64,000 bases of DNA from a virus (IMGVR_UViG_3300012016_000001:130530-194529); one strand, 5' to 3'; positions 26,079 to 39,324 are shown, numbered from the stretch's first letter. Notes: generated by a model not told the origin, from the sequence alone. Program-made: numbers and translations.

Positions 26079-27027
26079 GTATAGTTACTGTTGTATTACC
26101 TAATCCTGGATTCATACTTCTGTATATATAGTACTTTCTACTATTTATATAGGTAACTCCTTCATAAAGGAATCCCCCAATGAGTCCATTAACTGAAAAA
26201 TCAGAAGGATTAGCAGTTAATATATAAATAAATTGATCTTCTAGTGCATTTATTTTAAACTTATTTTGCATTGTCTACTGACAATCCTCATAATTATCAG
26301 AAATACCATAATAGGTAGGAGCATATACTGTAAAAGTTACAGTTCTACTCATCCATACTCCCTATAAAAGATAAGAAAGAGTAATATTCTTAGTTTCTGT
26401 AATTCCTTCTATTAGAAAGTTTCGTATAGTAGGTTGTATTTCGTATCCATTGATTTTTTGGGATTCAACCTCGTTAGCATATTCCCATGAGACTAAAACA
26501 TCTACAGGAGTCTTTGTAACAGATTCATACATAGGATTAAGAGTAATACTAGTAATATTACTAGCTCTTGATTCTATCTTATTCTCTATGTGATTTGACC
26601 AATATTCTAATTTTAAGTTTAAAATATTAATGATTTCATTTACATCAGCTTGTGCTATCTCTTTTACGAATCTACATAAATCTTCCTGGTTAGCCAAGTT
26701 TCCTTGAATCTTTCCCCAAAGTAAAGACTAAGAATCACCTATTCCTAAATTCTATCTTATGACAGCTCTCTAATAATCGGTAGTAAGTTCTGAAAATAAG
26801 TTTTCAATACTAAAAAATCCAGATTCGCTTGGACAAGCATAATGATTTTCAATACTACAATTCTCTTGTACACATCCTTCATTTTCTTCACTTACTATTA
26901 TTTTTTGTGTAGGACTTTTAATACATATAGGTTCTTCTTTTTCTCCGTCAAAATTTATTTTAATATTAGGGAGATGAATATCATCAGAATCTTGTTCAAT
27001 AATTATAGGGTCAAAATTCTTTATCAT
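26065..27027 (-). CDS. Hypothetical virion-block protein (~320 aa; TAG=Gln)
   Basis: 26770-27027, 26362-26697 and 26065-26271 share one frame. Confidence 0.7.
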
Positions 27028-27965
27028 ACTAGAATAACTTGATATGTATATGTAATTGGATCAAGGAATGAAACTATTGTAGCTTCATTAACCTTATGAA
27101 TTGTTTTAGATATAGCTGTAGATAGAACTGTATCACCAGTTTCAAATTCTTTATTATAAATTGAACCTGTAAGATATGTTACTGGTTCATTAAATCTATT
27201 TCCTGTAGTATTCCATTTAATAAGGCAGTCATGTGCACCTTTTGCAAAAATATTATTTTTACAATCGGGCTCTAATATGTTATAGTAAGTATCTCCTATA
27301 AATATATTATTAGTACACCCAGGACCTATAACATTAAACTTAGTATTATGTAATTCAGAAGAATCTATAATTTCTCCATTAACAATGTCGCTAAATGTAT
27401 AAAGGTCTAAGTCCTGTGTTGCTCCTATTCCTGCATTATTAAGTAATTGTCTAGTACATCTAAACCTTACGTTTTTGAAATCATAAAAAGCTTGGTTTCC
27501 ATTATCATCCTTTAAAAAGATAATAGTTCCCTTGTTTTCTACTCCATCTTCTAAAGTTTTTCTTGTTATATCGTATCTTACTTCCCATTTCTTTCCTGCA
27601 ATAGAGATTCTCTAATCTAATTGATTCTTAGAAATAGCCCTTACTAATAAAGTATAAGTTTTAGAAGGATTAATATTTAGTCCCCATGTTATTTTTTGTC
27701 CAGCATTATTCTCAACATTTGAAGAATAAATTGTCTGGAAATCAGTTATAGCATATACTGTTCCTGGAGAAAGCTAACTATTACGTAGCTTATCCCATAC
27801 ATTGGCATAAGTGGTTTCTACAAATTTTTCTATTTCTCCTTCGTAATCTTGTATTCCTAGATTTATTCTAACCTATTCTTGCTCTAACGGAGTTAATCCT
27901 CCAAGTAATTCAGACTTCTTAAAGTAATTACTTAAATCCTCTAAACATGCATACCTATTTCTCAT
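27024..27965 (-). CDS. Hypothetical virion-block protein (~313 aa; TAG=Gln)
   Basis: MRNRYACLEDLSNYFKKSELL...LSPGTVYAITDFQTIY...; missed by the standard-code track; TGA at 27024. Confidence 0.65.
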
Positions 27966-28121
27966 ATCAAGTTTTCATAAATAAGTCCTACTTTATCAAA
28001 TTTGGAGGCAAGCTAAATAAAGGATATTATTTGTAGTATATTACAATAATCCACATCTGTATATCCTTTATTTAACTTACATAGTAGAGCTTCAAAGTCA
28101 TTAATGGCTTTTGTTTTTAAA

Positions 28122-28865
28122 TTAGTGATTGCATCCACAGTCGTATCCTCCTAAAATTGTTTTCTTATCTAAATTACCACAAATTCCCCAACATGTATCT
28201 ATTTGCTCAAGTATTGACTATGCTTTAAAATATTGTTCTCTCTATAGGAGATATTGTATAACATTTAAAGCCATCCATATTATGTCTCTATTTAGAATGT
28301 CCTATTTAAAGTCTTTAGCATTAGTACATTCACAAGGAAGATTGTCCAATAAATATTTACAAAGTTTAAAGAAACACTCTTTTAGATGACATAGATTGAA
28401 TGTATATCTTTCATTCTTTATACATGTTGCATCATCTAAGTTAGCTTCTATTATTTCATTAACACTAACTTCTTCTATTGTTCCTAAAGAGAATTTATAG
28501 AATTTATCATTACTAAAGAAATATACTAAAGAGTATTCATCAAAATGACTTTCATCTCTTTCTCTAACATAATTCATCCATTCTTCTGTAGGAACTATAA
28601 TATGTAATACTTTATAAAGTCCATCTTTTTGTAAAGTGAATTCATCTGAATCTATATCTGTATGTGGAACTACTTCATAGTCTTCAAAAGTTTCTTCTTC
28701 TTTTGAATTTACTTTAATTACAACATTTAATGTAACTGTATCATCCCAAGTGTAGTTTCTTATACTAACTTGTCTTTCTGTAAGATACTATGAAGAATCT
28801 TGTTCTAGTCCAACTATACTTACGGCGCAATCGCCAGCACTACAAATTTTAAAAATTGAGTTCAT
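28122..28865 (-). CDS. Structural protein with Cys-rich C-terminus (...DCGCNH), possible head-tail ring/collar protein (TAG=Gln)
   Basis: ATG at 28865, in frame with 28302-28577; TAA at 28122. Confidence 0.6.
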
Positions 28866-29857
28866 TGTGCAGCAGTTATATCAGTGGAAATATTTCCAGT
28901 AATTAAAGTATTTTTACTTAAAGTATAAGTTTGTCTCCAGTTACCTATCCCTAACTATATAGTAAAATAACGATTGTCAATTAACTAATCTGTAGCTGAT
29001 GGATAATCCCAAGTTGGATTGTAAGTTCCAACTATTCCAGAATCAAGAGTTATGCTATCATTTAAAATTGAAGTTACATCCCATGAAGGAGTTATTTTTA
29101 TACTAGTAGTTATATTTCCTCCTGTATAGTTAGTCATTGTTCCTTGAGTTGGTTTACTTAACTGTAAAGTTCCAATAGATATAGTATACTTTGCACTATT
29201 AACATCGTAGGATGCTCTTACTGCAGTAATTAATTCCATATGATACATTGCAGTAGCAAGTTCATCAGTTCTTAATACTATTACTCCAGTATTTGGTAAA
29301 CTAGAACTAGATATGTCACTCTTTAATCCTTCTTTAGGAGAATAAGAGTAAGCTCTTATAAATTGGTTCTATTTATCAACTATCTCTATATAGAACTTAT
29401 TATCAGTATACTCCTTTAAATTGGTAACATCATCATTTAACCCACTTAAAGAGGACTGTACTCCAGCCATGGCTGTAGGATAAGTACTATCCCTAAACAA
29501 AACAAAAGCATTATTTAAATTATCTCCAGAAGAAAATGGATAATAATTAGTATTTAGATTCTATATAAAGTTTTCTACTGTCGTTACTCTAGCACTTAAT
29601 GCCTCTATATCTTCTGAAGGAGTGTCTCCTCCTCCTTCTCCTCCTCCTTCATTAGAACCTCCAAAGTTATAAGTACTTTTGTGAAGTTCACACTCATCAG
29701 CTACCTTACGTTGTAATACATTTGTCCAGTACTACAATAATGTAAATTTTCTATTTAGTTTATTTCCAAGGGCATCTTCTATTACAATAGGAATAAGGCC
29801 CTCTTCGAGATTGTCTGTACTTATTACAGACCTAAGTTCCGAAATTTTTGATCCCAT
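28862..29857 (-). CDS. Hypothetical structural protein (~331 aa; TAG=Gln)
   Basis: MGSKISELRSV...; in frame with 28985-29248. Confidence 0.6.
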
Positions 29858-32043
29858 TATGATTTACGTACTGTATCATTATAAGGATTACCATCTGATA
29901 ATTGCATAATTTCAATACGAGTACGTTGGTCTTCAATTCTATTCTTTTCAGTCTAGTATTTGTCAGTAGCCTCAGCTTGAAATTTCTTAACTTCGTAATC
30001 CTTTTGTGCCTTATCTCTTTCTATTTGTAATTTAGCTTCATTAAGAGCTTCTATTTTAGTTTGAGCTTTCTACAACTCAGTCTATAACTCTTGTAACTAT
30101 TTAGTAAGCTGTTCGTTCTACTAGGTAAGCTACTACATCTAACCCATTTCTTGTTTTTGTTTCTAGATTGCTTTACGTATTCTTTGTTTCAGCCCAGATA
30201 AATCCTTGGTAGTCATAATATCTATTATAACTTCTGGGCTAAGCAACTATGCTTTTACAAGCTCAGGGACAAGTGCACGTAATTGTTCAGAATCCTTTAT
30301 AAGGTCAGTAGATGTAGTAACGTGTACATCATAATCTGTAGTAGTAAAGTTTTCTGGAAGAGCAGTAAATATTTTTTGTAGTTTGTCTCCAAGAACTATA
30401 GTTCCTGTTACTCCTTTTTTAAATACTCTCTTAGCACAATTAAGAACATCAAGCATTATTTCCTCTGTAAGACAATCCATCTACTGATAATACTGTTTAG
30501 TAATTATAAAGGAGTTTTGAACGCCTTGTTTGATATTTGTTACTGCATCTTTTTGCTCAATACCATTAAGTCGTTCTCTGAACACTCCAGTAATTGAAGA
30601 GGTAGTTTGTTCCACAGCATCTATAGCTGTTTGAATGGCTTGGATAGTAGGCAGTTTTACAGTATCATCATAACCATTATAAATGGTATTCATAGGTTGT
30701 TGTCCTGCACCTAGTCTTCCTTCTTGTGAAGAGTCTATAAGTGCAACACCTGACTTTTTATAAGCTAACCATTTCTAGACTTTTTCTGGAAGTGTAACTC
30801 CTAAGAATTTAGGTAAAACAGAAATATCTAAAAAATCACCAGTGTTACCAGATGATGCTATCAAGTTATCTCTATAGAAATGTAATAAGTCATATTTATC
30901 CTATAAAGAAGCACAAGCTAAAACTAAAGAGAAGGGTTCTTGACTTCTATTGGTAAAGTATAATCCATTAACCGTAAGACAACATTCAGTTGGATGGTCT
31001 TTACTTCTTACTACGTTTTCGTCTTTACCAGTTAGTATGTAAATATGTTCTCCAATACGTGTAGCTTTATACCTCTACATTACATGGTCTTTATCAGCTT
31101 TTAAAAACTCAACATCATATACAGGAATAAGTTCAAAATTAAAACTTGTATAAGGTTCCACAGGGTAACCAGGAACTATTTCTTGTCCTGCTCTTATTCC
31201 TTTCGTAGCTGGACGTCCATCACAATAAGCAAAAGAACGAACATAATATGCTGACTAAGAGAATGAATCTCTCCACTGTTCATTGAGTTCTGCTATATCT
31301 TCTTTACTTAACTATGAACCATATATATTAAGACATTGTTGTCTTGTAAGCCATTTACGCACTACTACTCTATAGGAATCCTTTACATATGGACTTTCTG
31401 GATTCCTATCTATAAAGGTATTCAATGGATTAAGTATTTCTATAGAAACATTAGAACCACTAGTTGTAGGTTTAGTTCTATAAAAAGTATATCCAGTTAT
31501 AAGCAAGTCTAGTAAGAGAGTTTTATGTTTTGTAATTATATCTGCTTCTCTACTTTGTAACACATACTATATTACATCCTGAGCTGCAGTTTCAAATTTA
31601 GATACAAATCCATTGTCTAAGTCTTCAACTAATTGTTTTAAGTCTCTTTCTATAGACTAATCTACTACTTGTTGGTTTCCTTGTATGGCTTCCATAATCT
31701 TACTCTTATATCTTTGAACTAAGAATTTCTTTACTTCCATAGCTATATAAAGTTCTTTTTCTCTAGTCATTTTTGTAACTGTTTCAGAATCTTTACATGT
31801 TACACGTGGTTGTAAAGGAACTCCTAAATATTCTCCAACTAATGCATCTATATGTTTCTTTATAAGAGGAATAAACTATACAGAAGTAGGATTTCCTATT
31901 CCATAATTTTCCTCAATATAACGGAACTATTCAGCATCTCTTTTACCATTATAATAATTATATGCTTTCTATAGTTCCCATTTAGGATAGACTAATTCTG
32001 CAATAGTTCTATCAGTGAAATCAATTAATTCTTGGTCTGACAT
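29857..32043 (-). CDS. Portal protein (~728 aa; TAG=Gln)
   Basis: 31312-31563, 30481-30693 and 30247-30480 are in frame. N-terminal KAYNYYNG...FIPLIKKHIDALVGEY, ITGVFRERLNGIEQKDAVTN, Gln-rich coiled-coil C-terminus. Lies just downstream of terminase. Confidence 0.8.
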
Positions 32044-32327
32044 GCGCAACTCTTATTAAGGTTTTCACATTGATCTGGAAAAGACTAGAATCCTGTGTAC
32101 CAATGGCTATGGTCCCAATGCATTACTCTAAGTTCTTCTTTGAAAAACTTGATAAATTTCTCTAAAGGTAATTGTGCTGACACACTTACAGGATAGCAGT
32201 CATTCTATATATACATTCTAACTCTATATCCTTCAGGCTAAAGTTCATCAACTTTTAAGTGCCCTGTGAATTCTTTTTTATATACCTCCTTGATAGTATC
32301 GTGGATTACTTGTTCTATTTTCGTCAT
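32025..32327 (-). CDS. Hypothetical protein between terminase and portal (~100 aa; TAG=Gln)
   Basis: MTKIEQVIHDTIKEVYKKEFTGHLKV...; TAA at 32025. Confidence 0.55.
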
Positions 32328-34602
32328 TTGGTACTACAGTTACCTATACTTTAGGAGTTTTTAAAACATCATCTTTCGGTATTATTCCCCATCTTTTAAC
32401 ACCATATTCGTCTGTATAATAACCAATATCTTGAAACTAATTCTATTCTTCAGGTTCTATTTCAGTAGCAACTACACCATTCATTTCTTCGTCTCCAAGT
32501 TCTGCCATGCCCATAGCGGCTACAATATCGAACTTACGTTTATTTTCTTCACTATATGTAATAAGTTCATTAAGCATTTCTGGAAACCATATATTCTGAC
32601 TATAGTCTTCTACATAGTTAGCTATTAAATCAGTTTGATGTGCAATAACTGCTTTAGTAGCTGGTGTACCATAAGAAGTTTGTATTTTCTTTGAAGCTTC
32701 TGGATATGTAGCTCTAGGTCTCTTCATGAAATAATCGACCCAACCTGCATTTTTAGCCCAGTTAAACATAGATAAACGAGTAGCCTCTATATTACATCTA
32801 CAATTATAATACATCATGAGTTGCATAGCTGTACGATATGCTTCACGTTCATCCTAAGGTCTATCCCTATAGTAAGCCACATACATTGGTTCTTGAGTTC
32901 CAAAAACTCTTTTCTTTATAACTATACAGAAATCAGAAGGGTCTTTGGTTTCTGTTGAAGTTTGTTCCATTCCTATGTCAATACCGTCTATTCCTGCTAC
33001 ATATAAATTACGCATTTCTCTGTATGACATATCATCTTCATTTGTTAATTCCCATAGTGGAGGCTCTACTATATGTACTTTTCCATATGGAGAAGGTATC
33101 CATCTAGCACCTGTTATATTTTTTGGATTAGAATGGTCACCTTTATATATAAACTGTAAACCTCCTGTTTGTATTGGAAGTCCCTGTTTGAGAACTTTAA
33201 TTCTAGTAACCTAGTCTACAAGTAAAACTTTATTAAATTTATTTGTTCCCTCAAGAGCAAAAGCTTCTTCTGCATTAAAACAATACTCAGCAGAATATTC
33301 CATTAAAGCCTTTGGACTTCCTGCTCTCTTTTGTCTTTCTTCTTCATAAAATTTTTTTCCTCTTTCCCAATCACAATAGCCTCTTTCATCCATATAATCT
33401 CCATTATATAGGGCTATATAAGCTGGAATAAAGAAACAGGTCTCTACCCACTCTCCATCCTATGTATAGTTATGATAGTATGGTAGAACATCATGACCTT
33501 TAGGGTCATAATACATATCATGTAAACCTTCTAGATTAGGTCCTTTATCACCTCCAGTTCCACCGGCTAATATTATACCGAACTTATTACCACCAAGTGC
33601 TACAAGAGCTTCTCCTTTAATGAATGACTTTCTAAAGTTTGGATTAGAACCTGCTTCCTCAAGTACTAATAAGTCTACACGGTCACCTCTTATTTTAGCA
33701 TCATCGTCTGCTACTATTCCTTCTATTTGTGATTTCCATCCATCTTCAATTTTCTGTCCTTGTACTATCTTGTAGAAAGAAGCTCTTTTCTTATACTAAG
33801 TATCAACTACCTATCTAAGTTTGAAAAATCCTCCTTCTGTAGAATTATTAAGGAAGTTAAGTTCACTCCAGATTTTTTCAAGAGTTTTGTCTACATAGTT
33901 TTTAGATGCTGCAGTCATTAGAGTATTTGAAGCTCTAAATACACTATACATAGCTGTACATAGACAAGCGTTAATTTCTGAAAAACCACATCCTCTGGAT
34001 TTCATTAGTCCACAATTCTTTTTAAGAACTCTACATAATTCATAGTAATGAAAAAATTCATACTAATATACATAGAAATTCGGATATATAATTCCACGAG
34101 AACTACCAGCTTTTTCAGCATCTGGATTTGGAACTTGATAATAGTTAAGAAAGAAATAATGAGGGCCTGTTACTGTATATCCATTAACAGTAAGTCCTTC
34201 TCTACATCTTACATATTCTTGATGCCAAAAATCAACGTATGCTTTTGAACCAGGTACATAACCACAGTATTTACCTGTTTTTATCTTAGTATCTCTAGCC
34301 TCAGTAAACCATTCAGGTCTGAAATCTAATCCTTTATCCTATGTAATAGGTTTATATCCAGTAATCTCATAGGATAATCTCTTATCGAAAAAAGAAATAG
34401 CAGCATCCTTAGGGACATCCCATTCAGAACGCTGCTACTGCTTTACTTCGGCAACGACCTGTTGCACATATTCCTCTTCATCCTTTTTCTCTTGCTCTAT
34501 TATCTTCTTAACTGTCGCAGCGATTGCTTGCGCTTCTGTTGCTATTTCAGGTAATAAAGCAGATTTCTTTTTAGGACGACCTCTTTTCTTCTATTCGGCC
34601 AT
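32278..34602 (-). CDS. terL: Terminase large subunit (~774 aa; TAG=Gln)
   Basis: 33811-34005, 33211-33393 and 32443-32826 are in frame. ATPase motifs MKSRGCGFSE, LLVLEEAG (Walker B) and AGTGG. Nuclease motifs VAGIDGID and FDIVAAMGM. Confidence 0.88.
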
Positions 34603-35189
34603 TACATATCAGTTGGTAAGTAGCCTTCCACAGCACCAGCACGTAATTGTGAAGCTTCTTCCATCTCTTTCTTAACTTGAGCTTCAAGAGCTTTCAATTC
34701 GTCTAGTACTTTATCAAGGCTAGAAATTTCAGCCATAATATCTTTTACTTTATAGATAGGTTTACCTGTTTGAGCATCCCTTTCTTCAGGGTCTATATTA
34801 GTAAAGTAATCTATAAACTTATCTACAGTTAATTGTGCTGCATGTAAAACTCTAATACTTCTATTACTTTCTTGTAATGCTCTGTATCTTCTACATGCAG
34901 CTCTAAATAACGGATCGTTAAATTCTTCTTCAGTAAGACCAGAATCTTTGAGAGCTTCATTATGTCTCTCTTGCTCTGTATATCCAGCATATAAAGACTG
35001 CCAATCTAAGGCTAACCATATATAGGTGAATTCTTTAAATGCTCTTAAACACTTTTCTCCAGTAGCATCTTCCTTACATACATTTCTACTTTTCTGGACT
35101 AGTGCCCTAAATTCACTGATTAAAAGAATCTCAGGTTTTTCTAGTTCAACCTTACCATTTACACTATTATACTGGAAAATATGTAACAT
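34602..35189 (-). CDS. Phage protein immediately upstream of terL (candidate small terminase)
   Basis: Uninterrupted 195-aa ORF translationally coupled to terL. Function inferred from position. Confidence 0.6.
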   Translation of the reverse strand: MLHIFQYNSVNGKVELEKPEILLISEFRALVQKSRNVCKEDATGEKCLRAFKEFTYIWLALDWQSLYAGYTEQERHNEALKDSGLTEEEFNDPLFRAACRRYRALQESNRSIRVLHAAQLTVDKFIDYFTNIDPEERDAQTGKPIYKVKDIMAEISSLDKVLDELKALEAQVKKEMEEASQLRAGAVEGYLPTDM

Positions 35190-35191
35190 AA

Positions 35192-36148
35192 TTAATTACC
35201 TCTTTGTGCTCTTCTTAGTGGAGCGGCTTCCGTACCATGAGCAGGTACAAATTTATTAGTTCTTAGTACATTATAGAAATTACGTCTTGCCCCTCTCTCT
35301 GGAGAACCTACATCCATAAATCCTCCTTCAGAATCAAGCCATTTGTTAGGAGTTTTCCAAAAGATTGTATCATTTCCTCTTGGTCCTTGATATATTGTAC
35401 GTCCTCCCTTTACCTCTGCTAAGTCTCCTAAGTAATGATTTCCTCCATTATAATAATCATAAAGTACATCACTTATAACTCTATGTCCGTTTCCTAATTC
35501 TGAAGTTCTTCTATCAAAACGAAGACGTCTGTCAATACCATTTACAGTAACTTCTGGTAGAACATTTGTTTTTGGAGCTCCTCCAAATTTAGTTCCTTGT
35601 TGAGCTTTAATTAGACTTTTTTTTTCAAGACCTAAAGATTCTCTTAGGGTCTCTATAGTTCCACCAATTTGATGTTTCTTCATCTTGCCACCACATTTAT
35701 TCATCTTTGCTCCACCACAATCTTTCTTTACTTTATTTTTATATTGTGATAAAACTCCACCTTTCTTTTCTTGTTCCATCTCTCCACCTTCTTGATTTTT
35801 CATACATTTCTTACAAAGTCTTCCACCTGCTTTATAGTATTCAAGATGTGTACCATCTGGACAAGTACCTTTAAGGTCTTTAATATACTGAAGTTTAGCA
35901 CCTCTCTTCATTGCAGGAGTACCTCCAGCTAACTGTTGAATCATTTGTTTAGCAGTTTGAGTATCTCCTTGTTGTAAAGCCTGAATTACTTGTTTGAAAT
36001 TTTCACCTCCAGCTTGTATAGCAGCCATTACTGTTTCTGGTTGCTCACCAGTCATCTAAGAAATCTACATTACAACTTCTTGAATTTGTTGCTCCTAAGA
36101 TGCTTGAGGAGCTGCTCCTCCTGTCTAATATTTTCTTGTATTAATCAT
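35192..36148 (-). CDS. Basic protein with repeated x-x-GG motifs (possible internal virion protein; TAG=Gln at the N-terminus)
   Basis: ATG at 36148 (MINTRKY-Q-TGG...) in frame with 35192-36055. Motifs YQTGG, YKAGG, NQEGG, KKGG, KCGG, HQIGG. Confidence 0.7.
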
Positions 36149-36354
36149 AATTTAACTAAATCCTTTGTATTAAATACTTCTTCTTGTAGAATACCGTCTT
36201 TTGTAAACCATCTACAACGAATACCCTTTAAAGTCTGATCTTCTTTCTTATATATATAGGTTTCTTTCTTAACCACTAGCATTATTGGTTTATTAGGAAT
36301 ATCCTATTTAAGGGTTACTAAATCCCCTGGCATAAAAAATATTTTCTCATCCAT
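36145..36354 (-). CDS. Small YodC/DUF2158-like protein (TAG=Gln)
   Basis: FMPGDLVTLK-Q...P-x-MLV...IRCRWF...EEVF pattern. Confidence 0.5.
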
Positions 36355-36949
36355 TATTCTTAAATCTTTCTGTTAATCCTTGATTGACTACACACATTAT
36401 ACTATTTTCATTTACTAAAAGTAGTCCTTGTTTGTAAAATGGTACGGGAGTTTCCGAAACTTTTCTCCACATAACTATGTCTCCATCACGTATCCATTTA
36501 CAGGTAGGGCCAGCATCTAGTACGGTTCCTACATGAATAAATTGCTCTTCTTCTTCGAAATCCCCAGTTTCATTACTTTTATAAGTAGGTTTCATACCTC
36601 CTAAATCAGTAATTATTGCTCCAACTCTTTTGATAGTTTGGAAAGGATTTTCATCAAAAGGCTTAATTAACAATCCGTCTTTAATTGCTTTTATTTCTAG
36701 TTGGTTTAAGTCTTCACAGAGTTTGTCTTTATATTGTTCTAACAACTCTGCATGGTCTTCCATCTTTTTTACGTATTGTTCTACTTGATCGTTAAATTTT
36801 GCCTTGGCTGTATCTTCAATTACTTGGTCTACTGTATTTTTGTTTGCATAGAAAAGTTGACCGTCTGAAATTACTCTTGCAATTTTTTCCTTCTCTGTAG
36901 GAATGTTACTAAAATCATGTCCATTAATAGTTTCCATATTCATTACCAT
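36347..36949 (-). CDS. GroES-like co-chaperonin
   Basis: IKAIKDGLLIKP...GAIITDLGG...GTVLDAGP..KWIRDGDIVMW...LLVNENSIMCVV matches the GroES fold pattern. Confidence 0.65.
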   Translation of the reverse strand: MVMNMETINGHDFSNIPTEKEKIARVISDGQLFYANKNTVDQVIEDTAKAKFNDQVEQYVKKMEDHAELLEQYKDKLCEDLNQLEIKAIKDGLLIKPFDENPFQTIKRVGAIITDLGGMKPTYKSNETGDFEEEEQFIHVGTVLDAGPTCKWIRDGDIVMWRKVSETPVPFYKQGLLLVNENSIMCVVNQGLTERFKNNG

Positions 36950-37209
36950 TTATGTGCAGGACATCTAGCTGTTACTAATGTTGTTTTAGCACTTAGCCTG
37001 CATCCACATCCTCTAAAATAACCATCTTTTGTATCTGTGCTAATATCTCCTGTTTTTGGATTTAGCCATAACTAACTATTACATATTCCTCCTAAAATAT
37101 CCTTAAATATAGGACATTTACGACATATCTCCATTCTTTTTGCTTTTAGGTCTACATTAAGTCCTAATACTTCATTTACATGTCCCTTAACAATATTCCC
37201 AATTTCCAT
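36943..37209 (-). CDS. Small Cys-rich (Zn-binding) phage protein (TAG=Gln)
   Basis: RMEICRKCP...GICN...GCGCRLSAKT..ARCPAHKW. Confidence 0.65.
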
Positions 37210-37279
37210 AATAAAAATATATTAACCTTTTCAATACTGATATGATTGTAATAAAGCCTTTATAAATAGGATTATAAGA

Positions 37280-38182
37280 TTAATATTCTATTCTTTTATG
37301 TTTAGCTTTTTGCTTATCTCTTACAACTTGCTTTTTATAATGATTAAGCATTTTTTCTACTTCATCCTTTAAATAGTCTAAATGATAAACTGTTTGTTTA
37401 TTATTATGATCAAAATGTACCATAATTAAGTCCTTAATCTTAAAATTAGGATTTACTTGCTGTATCATCCAGGCATAAGTTGACAGTTGTAATGTATAGT
37501 GGTAATAATTACAGTCATCTAAATTTCCTAAAGGATAAAGCATTTTTGCTGTGCTCTTAGTTTTAGTGTCAAATCCAGATTTTGTTTTGATTTCTTTATT
37601 AGTTTTCCAGTCCATAATAATAATATTATCACCTTCTTTAACTAATAAATCAATCTGTCCTGCTAATCTTAGTAGGTTATCTTCGGACGTGTTAGAAATT
37701 AAATATTCTGGATATACTCCGTTTTCTAAGTCAAGAAGTGTACGACCTTTATCACATATAAACTTACCTCCAACTCCGAACTTCTTTAGTGAGACATTTG
37801 CTCCCATATTATACATACTTTGTTCTATAGCAGCATGTATTTTAGTTCCTCGTTCACATGATTCTCTGTTTGTTTTATCCCACTCATCTAGAATTCCTTG
37901 TTGCGCTTTGTTAAAATCTAATTCAGAAATGTCATATGTAGATAATATTTCTTTATCAAACTTGTGACTACTGAGCAACGATCTTTTCTCTACAGCCCAG
38001 GCATAATCAGGAATAAGTTGTTCTAGTGCTTTGTATGCACTCCAAAACTCCTTGTCAAAAGGCTGTCCGTATCTTTCAATTAAAGTAGTAACTGAGATGT
38101 ACTTTGCATTATCATTTTCATTCCAGTATGTGTGTGATTCCTCATTAAAACATACTGCTCCATTTTGTTTATCAACTTTCAT
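37280..38182 (-). CDS. PD-(D/E)XK nuclease (Cas4/RecB-like exonuclease family)
   Basis: SVTTLI, RGTKIHAAIE, PEYLI, LAGQIDLL, IMDWKTNK, YTLQLSTYAW. Confidence 0.85.
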   Translation of the reverse strand: MKVDKQNGAVCFNEESHTYWNENDNAKYISVTTLIERYGQPFDKEFWSAYKALEQLIPDYAWAVEKRSLLSSHKFDKEILSTYDISELDFNKAQQGILDEWDKTNRESCERGTKIHAAIEQSMYNMGANVSLKKFGVGGKFICDKGRTLLDLENGVYPEYLISNTSEDNLLRLAGQIDLLVKEGDNIIIMDWKTNKEIKTKSGFDTKTKSTAKMLYPLGNLDDCNYYHYTLQLSTYAWMIQQVNPNFKIKDLIMVHFDHNNKQTVYHLDYLKDEVEKMLNHYKKQVVRDKQKAKHKRIEY

Positions 38183-38184
38183 AA

Positions 38185-38457
38185 TTAAGTTTCTCTATTA
38201 TGTCTATCGAACTAATCTCGTACTTCTTCTCGTATTCTATCTCTAACTTGACTGGTAGCTTCTCCTAACTTCGATTTAATATAAATACTAACACCGAAGA
38301 TACCACCTGCATAAGCTAATGCTTGAGCTACGTACCACAAAATACTAGCCTCGATTGCCTTTATAGCAAAAAATGATAAGAAAGCTAGAACAATAGCACT
38401 TAGAATCATTGCTATGGCCGAACCATACTGAATCCAATCCTTTGTATTACTTTGCAT
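38185..38457 (-). CDS. Putative holin (two transmembrane helices; one TAG near the C-terminus)
   Basis: MQSNTKDWIQYGSAIAMILSAIVLAFLSFF...ILWYVAQALAYAGGIFGVSIYI followed by a charged tail. Confidence 0.6.
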
Positions 38458-38619
38458 AGTGTGATTTATAAATTTTGAGAAGTCCAAAGTGTGTCCTACT
38501 AAGATTTAGCACATTTATCTTTAATGATTATATAATCTATACCGTCCATTTTGGACTATTCAAACTTAATAATATTTTTATAATAGTCAAAGTAATTAGT
38601 AATATAATTAAAAATATTT

Positions 38620-39324
38620 ATGAAAATTAAACTATTTAATAAGGATAAAGGCATGTCTCCGCCTTCTGGGGCATTCGACTTTAGACCTAATCGCACTGTA
38701 GACTCAAATCCTAAACTAGATAATATGAAGGGTGACTATATGAGTCCTAAAAATAGAAGAAAAAGAAAGTATTACGTTGGTGGTAGCTTTGATAAGTATA
38801 TAAGTTAGTACAATCAAATGAATGTAGATACTCCAACTACTAATATTAAATTATAGGAAGATGATATATTTATACCTAATAGATTTTTTGATGATTATAA
38901 ACCCAAAGAGACTACTGAACCTAAATATTCAGTATATTGGGGAGAAGGAGTTGATGAAGCTCCTTATGATAATTTAGTAGACTTATTAAATGCAGAAGGT
39001 TTTAAGTTTAGAGTTACAAGTGACTATAGACCTGGAGCACTAACTTCAAAAGGAACTCCAAGTAACCATAGTCTTGGAGATAAATAGCATCCAGGAGCAT
39101 ATGATATAGTTCCATCAGATGGTAATTTTACTGCATTTAGATAGGCTTTATATACTAATCCTAGAGTCGTCAACTGGCTTAGAACCCACGACTGGGGTAT
39201 ATTGGAAGAAACAACGCCTGAAGTTAAAAAATAGACTAAGGCAAATGGTAATCACTTCCACTTTGGACCAGATGATTGGGCTAAGTAGATGTCTGAAAAA
39301 GCATATAAGGAGTTTGGAGTATGA
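38620..39324 (+). CDS. Peptidase M15-like (LAS/Hedgehog-fold) peptidoglycan endopeptidase (~234 aa; TAG=Gln)
   Basis: Read through TAG to TGA at 39322-39324: RVTSDYR...SNHSLG...AYDIV...GNHFHF, giving His/Asp/His zinc ligands. Confidence 0.7.

Noticed and set aside
37280-38182. Cas4-like nuclease as evidence of a CRISPR-Cas locus
   Set aside because: Stand-alone PD-(D/E)XK nucleases are common in phages, and no cas1/cas2 or array is nearby.
38490-38619. Candidate late-promoter hairpin motif (short inverted repeats here and at ~6363-6410)
   Set aside because: The sequence is very AT-rich and the stems are short. No shared consensus could be established by eye; this needs motif discovery with transcription start data.
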